DNA of 32,000 bases from the NCBI RefSeq assembly GCF_018336915.1, contig NZ_CP064923.1, positions 5,040,001 through 5,072,000 of the forward strand, written 5' to 3'. The position numbers and the translations under genes are program-made. This document shows, piece after piece, positions 14,751 through 23,435 of this stretch; the stretch's first letter is position 1, and each line of letters begins with the position of its first letter. Below the pieces are notes generated by a model, which was given only the letters and a program-made list of their open reading frames with translations, made no database searches and had not been told where the DNA came from. The DNA is from Acaryochloris marina S15. Lineage in GTDB: Bacteria > Cyanobacteriota > Cyanobacteriia > Thermosynechococcales > Thermosynechococcaceae.

Positions 14751-16022
14751 TTAGCTAGCTTGTTTGACCTTATTAATCCACCCTTGATGGATATCGAGAA
14801 CCTCTGAGTAGGGAAGATCCGAGTCGAAAACGAGGTCAAATAAAAAGGGGGGAAATTGTTTGGGAAACCAACGATTTAAGAGTCGGCTGACTTGTAATCG
14901 CAGAATAAACTCAAACACCAACCATCTATTGCGGGGAAAGGAATAGTCTGATAGCTCTCTTAAGGCATGGACTTCGGGAATTCTCTGGGCTGAAAACTCC
15001 GGTAAGGTTTGCGACCAGTTATCTTGGTGTTGATCTAGGAGTTGATTCAAGATCCCCACATCTTGAAGCGCAGAGTTACAGCCCTGGCCAATGGAGGCAG
15101 ACACTGCATGAACTGCATCTCCAATTAAGAGAATATTTGAGCCTTCATGAAACCGTTGGCACCGGACCGTAGTAATTTTTGCTACGGGCCGCGACAGCAA
15201 TGCTGCCGCTTCATCCAGGGTCATCAGTGCTCCAAACCGGGGGAAATTCTCCTGCACAAAAGCCAGTACCTCTTCTTTTGTAGTGTATTGGGCGATGGGG
15301 CTCTGATCACGCTTAAAGACCAGCACACCATTGAGCTGTGAGTTCCCTTGAGGGACCAACATCATGCGGACGTTGTTGGGTAAATTCCAGGTATGCACTT
15401 TGTCCGCAGCTAGCTGAATTCCATCTTCTGGCTGGTTGAGAAAGACCGATTTGTAGGCGTCGGGAATTAAGGTCTGCTCGCAGGGGAAGTTAACCTGTTC
15501 AGTCAAGGCCTCTCTCACCTTTGAGCCCGCTCCATCTGCCCCCACAACGACATCATAGGTATGGGAGACGACTTCACCGGCTTGCTCAAATAGAAGGGTT
15601 TGCGCGGATGGATTAAGGCCCGTACATCGACAGTCAAACTGCACTACAAACTGATCAGATGAGTACTGGTCTGATAAAAATTTCAGCAAGACTACCACGA
15701 GCTGCAGGCGATCAATCATCAAGCTAGGAGTCTTGCGAGGAATGACTCGATTTTTTTTTGAGACTTGATGCATGATCGTGCCATTACAAACCGTGCTTCG
15801 ATCTGTAACGGCCTTTTCTAGACCGGGTATTCCTCGGAGGGCCTGTCGTCCCCGCTCCTGCAATGAAATCGGAAAGGTTCGATTCTGTACTTGTTGAGTC
15901 AGCCTCGGGTCAGAACGCTGCTCAAACACACTGACCCGATATCCGGGTCGTTTTAACAGGTACCCTGCCAACAACAGACCTGCAGGGCCTGCTCCTACAA
16001 TCACAACATGCTGATCCGCCAC
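14751..16022 (-). CDS. FAD-dependent aromatic-ring monooxygenase (kynurenine 3-monooxygenase-like)
   Basis: 423-aa ORF with a Rossmann dinucleotide motif (VVIVGAGPAGLLLAGYL), DVVVGADGAGSKVR, and the FAD-ribityl motif LLIGDAVHAVSASIGQGCNSALQD. Confidence 0.8.
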   Translation of the reverse strand: MADQHVVIVGAGPAGLLLAGYLLKRPGYRVSVFEQRSDPRLTQQVQNRTFPISLQERGRQALRGIPGLEKAVTDRSTVCNGTIMHQVSKKNRVIPRKTPSLMIDRLQLVVVLLKFLSDQYSSDQFVVQFDCRCTGLNPSAQTLLFEQAGEVVSHTYDVVVGADGAGSKVREALTEQVNFPCEQTLIPDAYKSVFLNQPEDGIQLAADKVHTWNLPNNVRMMLVPQGNSQLNGVLVFKRDQSPIAQYTTKEEVLAFVQENFPRFGALMTLDEAAALLSRPVAKITTVRCQRFHEGSNILLIGDAVHAVSASIGQGCNSALQDVGILNQLLDQHQDNWSQTLPEFSAQRIPEVHALRELSDYSFPRNRWLVFEFILRLQVSRLLNRWFPKQFPPFLFDLVFDSDLPYSEVLDIHQGWINKVKQAS

Positions 16023-16113
16023 TATGCACCTGCTCTAAGAATTCAGAACATGCATCAATTATCTCATTTCACCGAAAATCATTGCGCTATCAGTGAAAAA
16101 ATGTCCAATGCAT

Positions 16114-16509
16114 TTACGTCAAACACAATTCCGGAGTTGACGAATTCACAACAGGTTGACCCTCGATCACACGATTATCTTGATCCACCAACACTACCTG
16201 CGGTTCAAAGCCTTTTATTTCTTCCGACGTTAGCTGGGCATAGGTCATAATAATCACCCGATCGCCACGAGTACCGAGTCGCGCTGCGGCACCATTTAAT
16301 TCCACAGCACCCGAATCGGCAGGAGCTGGAATGGCATAAGTGACCAATCGTTCACCGTTGTTCATATTCACGACTTGAACTTGCTCGTAGGGAACAATCC
16401 CAGCCGCATCCAATAACGTTTGGTCGATACTGATACTGCCCACATACTCGAGGTTCGTTTCTGTGAGTGTGCAGTGATGAATCTTGGAAAATAAAAAGGT
16501 GCGATGCAT
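16114..16509 (-). CDS. panD: Aspartate 1-decarboxylase (pyruvoyl-dependent)
   Basis: The homology starts at [29 protein letters not shown], with the self-processing G-S site in [14 protein letters not shown] and GDRVIIM are also present. I prefer ATG 16509 to the upstream ATG 16569, which would add 20 non-homologous residues. Confidence 0.9.
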   Translation of the reverse strand: MHRTFLFSKIHHCTLTETNLEYVGSISIDQTLLDAAGIVPYEQVQVVNMNNGERLVTYAIPAPADSGAVELNGAAARLGTRGDRVIIMTYAQLTSEEIKGFEPQVVLVDQDNRVIEGQPVVNSSTPELCLT

Positions 16510-16519
16510 ATAGACCATT

Positions 16520-16549
16520 CTACAGTCAGTCTTTATAGTCCGACTGTAG
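16520..16549 (-). promoter_or_regulatory. Hairpin in the panD leader
   Basis: Perfect 8-bp inverted repeat, CTACAGTC (16520-16527) and GACTGTAG (16542-16549), with a 14-nt loop. It ends 10 nt upstream of the preferred panD ATG. Confidence 0.4.
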
Positions 16550-16635
16550 GTCAGAACACCGATCCTCACCTACGTACTCTAAAATAGGGGGCGGAACCTT
16601 GTGTTCGAACCAACGCCTACTTGGGATTCAGGACT

Positions 16636-17313
16636 ATGGCTTCTACCATACCCTTAATCAGTGCTGTGAGCCAGTTTGATCAAGCGATCTGGCAAGCTGA
16701 AAATTCCGTTCGACAAACCAGAGAATGGGTTGAGTTTCAATGGCAACGTTTAGGACACTGGGTGTTGGGCAACGAAGCAGCTAACCTGAATACACCGCCT
16801 TGGTGGGGCGATATTCTGCTATGGATTGCCCGGGGACTGGCAGTGTTAATTGTCCTCTGGGTTTTACGAACCCTCTATCAGCAACTCAAAGGCTGGCGAC
16901 GCTGGTTTTCTAAAAAAATTGCCCTGAGCGATGCCATTCAACAGCCTCTTATTTCAGACCTAACTACCGTTCAAGATTGGCTGCAGCAAGCAGTCCAGGC
17001 TCAAACTGAAGGGGATTATGCCAACGGCTGCCGTGCCCTTTATATGGCCTTACTGCTGAGGTTAGAAGAAACTGGCTGGATCTACCGCGATCGTGCCTTT
17101 ACAAACCAGGAATATTTGCGACGATTAGAATCTCAATGGGTTTTGAAGGCTAAACCTACCCGTTTACAGGCAACTTGGCGGCAGATTTTTCAAGTCCATG
17201 ATGCGTCCTACTATGGAGCTGCATCTGTTACTCCTGAGACTTTCCAGTCTTGTCAGCAAGCCTATAAGACGTTAGATGGAGAATTAGACCAGCCCCATGA
17301 GGTCAGTTCATGA
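16636..17313 (+). CDS. DUF4129-like membrane-anchored protein (first gene of the MoxR operon)
   Basis: ATG 16636 is preferred, though the ORF is open from TTG 16621. It has one TM helix (WWGDILLWIARGLAVLIVLWVL). The C-terminal region (CRALYMALLLRLEETGWIYRDRAFTNQEYLRRL...DASYYG) resembles DUF4129. Its stop overlaps the next start (ATGA, 17310-17313). Confidence 0.65.
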   Translation: MASTIPLISAVSQFDQAIWQAENSVRQTREWVEFQWQRLGHWVLGNEAANLNTPPWWGDILLWIARGLAVLIVLWVLRTLYQQLKGWRRWFSKKIALSDAIQQPLISDLTTVQDWLQQAVQAQTEGDYANGCRALYMALLLRLEETGWIYRDRAFTNQEYLRRLESQWVLKAKPTRLQATWRQIFQVHDASYYGAASVTPETFQSCQQAYKTLDGELDQPHEVSS

Positions 17314-18458
17314 CCCAAACGGCTCAATCCTCCCCCACCCGTATTACCCCCAGACAAGGGCCGGGGAAACGATGGGTATGGGCAATCTTAGCCGCAGCAA
17401 TTTTGCTAATTCTGCTGTTTATCAATGCACCCAATCAGCAAGACGGATCAACCTACAGTCGATCCAATAAAGGCTACCGAGGTTGGTATGACTTTATGAT
17501 CGCACAAGGCTACTCCATCGATCGCTGGCAAAAACCTTATTCTGAGCTACAAGGCCAGAATCAAACCTTGATTCGCATTACCCCCAGTCTAGAGAAAGCC
17601 AGGGAGCAAGACCCTTTATGGGACAGTTTTGACTCATGGGTGGAGCAAGGAAATACGGCCATTCTCTTAACCTGGGATGGCTCCGTGACTGCTGCCTCAT
17701 TTAGTAGTGATCTCACCAGTGAAGCCGGTCCAGTTCGCATTGACACAGCTCGACGTAGAAAAAAGCTGGGTTCTGTATATCAAAGCAGGCTGGATGATGA
17801 CTATGGCAGTGTGGTGTGGTCACAGTCATTGGGTAAAGGTCAGGTGATTTTTGCCACCTACCCTTGGATTGGGGCCAATATTTATGCGGATCAGCCTGGA
17901 AATTATCCCTTTCTGCAACAGTTGGTGCCTGAGTCAGGGACGATTTGGATGGATGAACGGTTACATGGCTATCGCGACAACCCAAATCAGGATGCAGAAG
18001 ATGCTCGCAAGGCTGAGAATGTCTGGCAGTTTTTTGCCCAAACCCCTGTCGCCGCCATGGCAGCTCAATTGGTCTTGCTGATCTTGATTTGGATTTGGGG
18101 ACATAATCATCGCTTTGGCTTACCCTTGCGTCTTCCTCAAGAGTCCAAAGACAATAGCCAGCAATATATTCAAGCGCTAGCGGGCACCCTAAATCATGCC
18201 CATCAACGAGAACTCGTCCTCACCCAGCTCAGTCAGTATCTGCGACAATCCTTATCCCAACGTTTAGGTCTTACCAATGGGCCGAAAGGGCAATTACCTC
18301 CTGATATAGCTCTAGCCAATCAGTGGGCAACATCTACTGGACGGAACGACCAAGAATTATTAGAGTTATTACAACAATCCAGCCAGCAATCCATAACCGA
18401 TCGGACACTGCTAGCTTGGGTCAATAAAGCCGACGCTATTTTGCAGGATCTCCCTTGA
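17310..18458 (+). CDS. DUF4350-like two-TM protein
   Basis: 382-aa ORF with an N-terminal TM (WVWAILAAAILLILLFI) and a second TM (AAQLVLLILIWIWG). Between them is a large domain containing TLIRITPS...WVEQGNTAILLTWDG. This gene position between DUF4129 and MoxR is typical, as I recall. The family call is by eye. Confidence 0.6.
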   Translation: MTQTAQSSPTRITPRQGPGKRWVWAILAAAILLILLFINAPNQQDGSTYSRSNKGYRGWYDFMIAQGYSIDRWQKPYSELQGQNQTLIRITPSLEKAREQDPLWDSFDSWVEQGNTAILLTWDGSVTAASFSSDLTSEAGPVRIDTARRRKKLGSVYQSRLDDDYGSVVWSQSLGKGQVIFATYPWIGANIYADQPGNYPFLQQLVPESGTIWMDERLHGYRDNPNQDAEDARKAENVWQFFAQTPVAAMAAQLVLLILIWIWGHNHRFGLPLRLPQESKDNSQQYIQALAGTLNHAHQRELVLTQLSQYLRQSLSQRLGLTNGPKGQLPPDIALANQWATSTGRNDQELLELLQQSSQQSITDRTLLAWVNKADAILQDLP

Positions 18459-19396
18459 ATCAATCCTTTAAACAACTGCAACAGCAGCTTAGCCAAATCG
18501 TCATCGGTCAAGACTCTATCGTCGAAGGACTGCTGATTGCTCTGCTGGCAGAGGGACATGTCATCCTTGAAGGGGTCCCAGGGACAGCCAAGACCCTAAT
18601 TGTTAAACTGCTGGCTACGCTGATTAGTGCAGATTTTCGACGTATTCAACTCACCCCAGATGTCTTGCCAGCGGATATTTTGGGGACTAATATTTTTGAT
18701 TTCAATAGCAAAAGCTTTACCCTCAGCAAGGGCCCGATTTTTACCCAAATCCTGCTGGCAGATGAAATCAACCGTACGCCACCCAAAACCCAGGCGGCCT
18801 TGCTCGAAGCAATGGAAGAGCGGCAAGTCACTTTGGATGGTAAGACCATTGCCCTGTCCAAGCTATTTTGGACGATTGCCACCCAGAACCCCCTAGAGTT
18901 CGAAGGAACTTATCCATTACCCGAAGCCCAGTTAGACCGATTTTTGCTAAAGCTAGTGGTCTCCTATCCAGGCAAAGCCGCCGAACAACAGATGCTCCAT
19001 AATGTCCTCAGTGGCTTTGAAGCGCGAGAGTTAAAGCAAATGCCCCTTAAGCCTGTGATTACCGTTGATCAAGTCCTAGAGGCACGGCAACAGGTGCGTC
19101 GGATCCGGGTAGAAGGCCAAGTACTCGATTATTTGCTAGAGCTGGTGATGGCAAGCCGACAACAAACTGAACTGATGTTAGGGGCCTCACCCCGGGCGGC
19201 AGTGGGGTGGCTACGGGCTGCCCAAGCTCATGCTTGGCTGGCGGCTCGGGATTTTGTGACGCCGGATGATGTGAAAACGATGGCGGCATCTCTCTTACAA
19301 CATCGCTTGATCCTGAAACCCGAAGCCCAACTAGATGGTGTATCCATGGATCAAGTGATTCAGACTCTGCTGACCCGCGTCCCTGTACCCCGATGA
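18455..19396 (+). CDS. MoxR-family AAA+ ATPase
   Basis: 313-aa ORF with a TTG start overlapping the upstream stop. It has Walker A (GVPGTAKT), Walker B (ILLADEINR), sensor/arginine regions (ATQNP.E.EGTYPLPEAQLDRF) and a C-terminal lid (SPRAAVGWLRAAQAHAWLAARDFVTPDDV). Confidence 0.92.
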   Translation: MNQSFKQLQQQLSQIVIGQDSIVEGLLIALLAEGHVILEGVPGTAKTLIVKLLATLISADFRRIQLTPDVLPADILGTNIFDFNSKSFTLSKGPIFTQILLADEINRTPPKTQAALLEAMEERQVTLDGKTIALSKLFWTIATQNPLEFEGTYPLPEAQLDRFLLKLVVSYPGKAAEQQMLHNVLSGFEARELKQMPLKPVITVDQVLEARQQVRRIRVEGQVLDYLLELVMASRQQTELMLGASPRAAVGWLRAAQAHAWLAARDFVTPDDVKTMAASLLQHRLILKPEAQLDGVSMDQVIQTLLTRVPVPR

Positions 19397-20853
19397 CTAA
19401 CGCTCCTCAGTCCGAGTTTATTTCTCCCTTTCATCGGCAATCCGATCCGGTGGTGCAACCGCCAGCAAAACCCGGTCCCCCTCAACCCACCGTTCCCCAT
19501 TTATTGCCAACGTCTCGTCTGTATTTGGTGTTAGGACTGGGACTGCTCATTCCCTTAGGTTTAGCCTGGATCCCAGAAGATGGCATTGAGGTAGGCTGGG
19601 TGGCCATGCTCTTATTCAACATTGTGGTGTTGATTGCGACCTGGATCGATTATCAGCGATCCCAACGGTGGGACATTCAAGTCACTCGCCATTGTGACCC
19701 TCGTCTATCTATTGGCCGGGATAACCCCATTCACTTAACCGTGACCGTTGGATCTGGCCCTGGCAAAGCCAGACAAGCCCAACTACACCTGAGAGATAGC
19801 TATCCTCCCGACTTTCAGGCTGACCAGGATCGACTGATTCTTCAAATCGCCCCACACACCGAAACTGACGTTACTTATCATGTGTTTCCCCCACAACGGG
19901 GAGCCTTTCAATGGCAAGGCTTGACCTTACGGCTACTTAGCCCTCAAGGGTTAGCCTGGACAGCTTGGCAAATCCCCATTGAGACTGAGGTGGATGTCTA
20001 CCCTGACTTAATGGGACTGCGATTACTATCTGTGCGCTTGAGTTTGGAGGCAGCAGGCGGCTTACGTCGACGTCAGCGCACCTTAGGAGGAACCGAATTT
20101 GCCGAATTACAAGAGTATAACCAAGGCGATGATCTGCGGCTGATTGATTGGAAAGCCACGGCTCGTCGGGGGCATCCCCTGGTTCGCGTCTGTGAACCTG
20201 AGCGAGACCAGCCCCTACTGATTTTGCTAGATCGGGGCCGACTGATGACAGCCCAGGTCGCAGGTCTGAAGCGGTTTGATTGGGCTTTAAATGCCACCTT
20301 ATCTTTGGCAATGGCGGGTCTACGGCGGGGCGATCGCGTCGGCGTCTGTGTGTTCGACAATGACATTCACACCTGGATCCCCCCACAATCGGGAAATTCC
20401 TATCTATCTCGGATTCTGGAACAGGTGTATAACCTGGAACCAGTGATGACGGAATCGGACTATGTGGCCGTTGCCAGTCGGGTGCTCAGCCAGTATACTC
20501 GGCGGGCTTTGGTGGTTTTGCTAACGGATATTGTGGATGCGATCGCATCTAGCGAACTCCTAACGGCCATGGCTCGTCTATCCCCGAGATTTTTACCCTT
20601 CTGCGTTGCCCTCCGGGATCCCCAAGTCGATAGTCAAGCCCATCAGTCTTTGGCGCTGACCCAAACAGCCAACGATTTACAGGTTCAGCGATTATACGAA
20701 CAAGCCGTTGCCTTAGACTTACTGCATCAGCGATCCGTTGCCTTTGCCCAACTTCAACAGCAGGGCGTCTTAGTCTTAGATGCCCCTGCCCCTAGCATTA
20801 GTGAGCAATTGGTGGATCGGTATCTCTTGCTAAAAGCCCGTAATCGTTTGTAG
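19393..20853 (+). CDS. DUF58 (vWA-fold) membrane protein, MoxR partner
   Basis: 486-aa ORF with an ATGA overlap onto moxR and two N-terminal TM helices. It carries the DUF58 signature (EFAELQEYNQGDDLRLIDWKATARRGHPLVRVCEPE), followed by a vWA-like beta strand (LLILLDRGRLM). Confidence 0.85.
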   Translation: MTNAPQSEFISPFHRQSDPVVQPPAKPGPPQPTVPHLLPTSRLYLVLGLGLLIPLGLAWIPEDGIEVGWVAMLLFNIVVLIATWIDYQRSQRWDIQVTRHCDPRLSIGRDNPIHLTVTVGSGPGKARQAQLHLRDSYPPDFQADQDRLILQIAPHTETDVTYHVFPPQRGAFQWQGLTLRLLSPQGLAWTAWQIPIETEVDVYPDLMGLRLLSVRLSLEAAGGLRRRQRTLGGTEFAELQEYNQGDDLRLIDWKATARRGHPLVRVCEPERDQPLLILLDRGRLMTAQVAGLKRFDWALNATLSLAMAGLRRGDRVGVCVFDNDIHTWIPPQSGNSYLSRILEQVYNLEPVMTESDYVAVASRVLSQYTRRALVVLLTDIVDAIASSELLTAMARLSPRFLPFCVALRDPQVDSQAHQSLALTQTANDLQVQRLYEQAVALDLLHQRSVAFAQLQQQGVLVLDAPAPSISEQLVDRYLLLKARNRL

Positions 20854-20894
20854 AATGCAGGGCCTAACCGATCTGAATTAACCGTCTATCTACC

Positions 20895-21422
20895 GTGTCT
20901 TCTGAAGTCGATACTCACCTCCAAATGATGAGCGCCTACACCAAAGGTCGTGAAGCCTTTGAACATGGTTATTATCGAGAATCTGTAGAATCCCTAGTAC
21001 AAGCCATTGCCTTGGTCAATCGAAACTCCCCCTTGGACGGCGAAATGCAAATGTGGCTGGTGACCGCCTATCAAGCTGCGGGACAACAGCAAGAGGCCAT
21101 TAGTCTATGCCGAAAACTTCAGATGCATGGTCACTGGGAAACTCGTAAACAAAGCAAGCGGTTGCTTTACATCTTGGAAGCACCGCAGCTGGAGAAGAAG
21201 TCAGAATGGCTGACCCAAATTCCTGATTTAAGCGAGGTGAACGAAGAAGATGTCAAAGAACGGATGGGAGTAGGCAACTTCTCACCATCAGTGACTAAAC
21301 TTCGCCCAACTGAGCCAGAGCCGATTGATTGGAGTCAAGTCGACACCAAAGAAAGCAATATCGTTTGGGTTGCCCTGATTGCACTACTTTTGGTACTAGG
21401 GAGCTTGGTGTGGCTGGGGTAA
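20895..21422 (+). CDS. TPR-like helical-repeat protein with a C-terminal transmembrane anchor
   Basis: 175-aa ORF starting at GTG 20895, or alternatively ATG 20925. It has TPR-like helices (YYRESVESLVQAIAL; WLVTAYQAAGQQQEAISLCRKL) and a terminal TM helix (IVWVALIALLLVLGSLVWLG). It lies 41 nt downstream of the DUF58 gene on the same strand. Confidence 0.6.
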   Translation: MSSEVDTHLQMMSAYTKGREAFEHGYYRESVESLVQAIALVNRNSPLDGEMQMWLVTAYQAAGQQQEAISLCRKLQMHGHWETRKQSKRLLYILEAPQLEKKSEWLTQIPDLSEVNEEDVKERMGVGNFSPSVTKLRPTEPEPIDWSQVDTKESNIVWVALIALLLVLGSLVWLG

Positions 21423-21648
21423 ATAACCAACCTATGTCCCTCGCATCAGCTTGGGCACAGCACCGCGTAAAATCATAAAAAATGACGGCAAGATAATATT
21501 CAGGCAAAAAATGGGAATGTTAGAGTGACAATAGACTCATCCCAACAACAAGCACGCCCTAGGCGTAAATTCTGACTTGAGTGGGGTGAACGACAAACTG
21601 AGTCCCAGATAGCAAACTAGTATTTATCACCAGTGGAGTTGCTAAGGC

Positions 21649-22194
21649 GTGGATTATTCCCAACCCCATATCTCTTCCAGAGATGTTCAATCTGAAGTCC
21701 TACAGTTGAACCAACAATTACAAATGCGCGATCAGTTAGTGGATCAGCTTTCAACTGAGCTGTACCGACTCATTAAGGCCAATCCTGCAGCACTCCCACC
21801 AGCCCAGGGGCTAACCCCAGCCGCCCCAGCACTGCCGATGCAAACCTCCCCAGCCCGCCAGAACAGTACAGGGGACTTGACCGCATTGGAATCCCAAATC
21901 GAGTTTTATCAAACACAAATTGATAAACGAGATACCCAAATTGCGCATCTACAAAGCTCTTGTCAAAGTCTGAGTGAGCGCAACCAAATGCTGGAGCATG
22001 TCATTCAAGAATTACCTGAAGTCTATCGCCAGAAATTTTCCAATCGACTCAATCATGTCAAAACTAAAGTGAAATCTCTGCAGCTGGAAAATCGCAGATT
22101 ATACTCCGCCTTACAGGATTCTAACTCCCCCTCAACAACCGATAGAATGTCCTTACCTGCTCGCAGCAAAGCCGCCCGAGAACGGACACCCTAA
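21649..22194 (+). CDS. Hypothetical coiled-coil protein
   Basis: 181-aa ORF with a GTG start and GGAG 11 nt upstream. It has heptad-like segments (LQLNQQLQMRDQLVDQLSTELYRL; LESQIEFYQTQIDKRDTQIAHLQSSCQSLSERNQMLEHVIQEL) separated by a Pro/Ala-rich linker. I recognise no family. Confidence 0.45.
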   Translation: MDYSQPHISSRDVQSEVLQLNQQLQMRDQLVDQLSTELYRLIKANPAALPPAQGLTPAAPALPMQTSPARQNSTGDLTALESQIEFYQTQIDKRDTQIAHLQSSCQSLSERNQMLEHVIQELPEVYRQKFSNRLNHVKTKVKSLQLENRRLYSALQDSNSPSTTDRMSLPARSKAARERTP

Positions 22195-22406
22195 TCCCTA
22201 GAGTGAATGAAACAAACAGGGGGCGAGATCGGTCAATCCAACTCCCACCTTAGATTCAATCCTAGATAATGTTGTCCTTTCAGTCCTGGATAGAGATTTA
22301 TTTTCGTGCCAAGACATAGCGCTTTCCTCAATTGTCAGGCAAACTTAGGAAGCAGTAGCCATATTGTTACCTTCCAGTCCAATTTTTGTTGTGAAAAGCC
22401 CTAATT

Positions 22407-23330
22407 ATGAGAATATTGGTCACCGGTGGTGCTGGTTTTATTGGATCTCACTTAATTGACCGCTTAATGGCAGACGATCACGAAGTGATTTGTTTGGATA
22501 ACTTTTATACAGGACGCAAACATAACGTTCTCAAATGGTTAAACAATCCCAAGTTTGAAATTATTCGCCATGATGTAACAGAGCCGATCCGCCTGGAAGT
22601 GGACCAAATTTATCATTTAGCATGCCCTGCATCTCCCGTTCACTATCAATATAATCCCGTCAAAACGATTAAAACGAACGTGATGGGGACATTGATCATG
22701 CTAGGGCTAGCTAAACGGATTAAAGCTCGATTTCTCTTGGCTTCTACATCAGAAGTCTATGGGGATCCAGAAGTACACCCTCAAACTGAAGAATATCGGG
22801 GAAATGTTAATCCCATCGGCATCCGGAGCTGCTATGACGAAGGTAAACGAGTCGCTGAGACCCTAGCCTTTGATTATCATCGTCAAAATAATGTGGATAT
22901 CCGGGTCGCTCGTATTTTCAACACCTACGGCCCCCGGATGCTGGAGCAAGATGGGCGAGTCGTGAGTAATTTTGTCGTCCAAGCGTTAAAAGGTATCCCT
23001 TTAACCGTCTATGGCTCCGGCAAACAAACCCGTAGCTTCTGCTATGTCTCCGATTTAGTTGATGGACTGATGCGATTAATGAATGGGAACAGTATTGGTC
23101 CCATCAATTTGGGTAACCCCGATGAATATACGGTGTTAGAGTTGGCCCAGACGGTTCAATCCATGGTCAATCCTGATGCAGCCATTGAATATAAACCTTT
23201 ACCAGAAGACGATCCACAACAACGTCAGCCGGATATTACCAAAGCTCGAACAGAATTAGGATGGCAACCCACCATTCCGTTAAAAGATGGTTTAGAACGC
23301 ACCATTGAACATTTTCGAGCTCGGCTTTAG
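22407..23330 (+). CDS. uxs: UDP-glucuronate decarboxylase (UDP-xylose synthase), SDR family
   Basis: 307-aa ORF: [37 protein letters not shown]; STSEVYGDP; the catalytic YDEGKR; and [10 protein letters not shown]. Confidence 0.9.
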   Translation: MRILVTGGAGFIGSHLIDRLMADDHEVICLDNFYTGRKHNVLKWLNNPKFEIIRHDVTEPIRLEVDQIYHLACPASPVHYQYNPVKTIKTNVMGTLIMLGLAKRIKARFLLASTSEVYGDPEVHPQTEEYRGNVNPIGIRSCYDEGKRVAETLAFDYHRQNNVDIRVARIFNTYGPRMLEQDGRVVSNFVVQALKGIPLTVYGSGKQTRSFCYVSDLVDGLMRLMNGNSIGPINLGNPDEYTVLELAQTVQSMVNPDAAIEYKPLPEDDPQQRQPDITKARTELGWQPTIPLKDGLERTIEHFRARL

Positions 23331-23435
23331 GTAACACTAAAAATTAGAGAATCAACTGCCCTGGGCAGAACATGGCTCTATTTTCCCCTTGACGATGCGC
23401 CCTTAAATACATTGCTGGTTATATAGGAGTTTTAT

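Noticed and set aside
16510-16569. A 20-residue N-terminal extension of PanD from the upstream ATG ([20 protein letters not shown]).
   Set aside because: PanD homology starts exactly at the downstream Met (MHRTF...), and the extra segment is occupied by a perfect hairpin more consistent with a leader.
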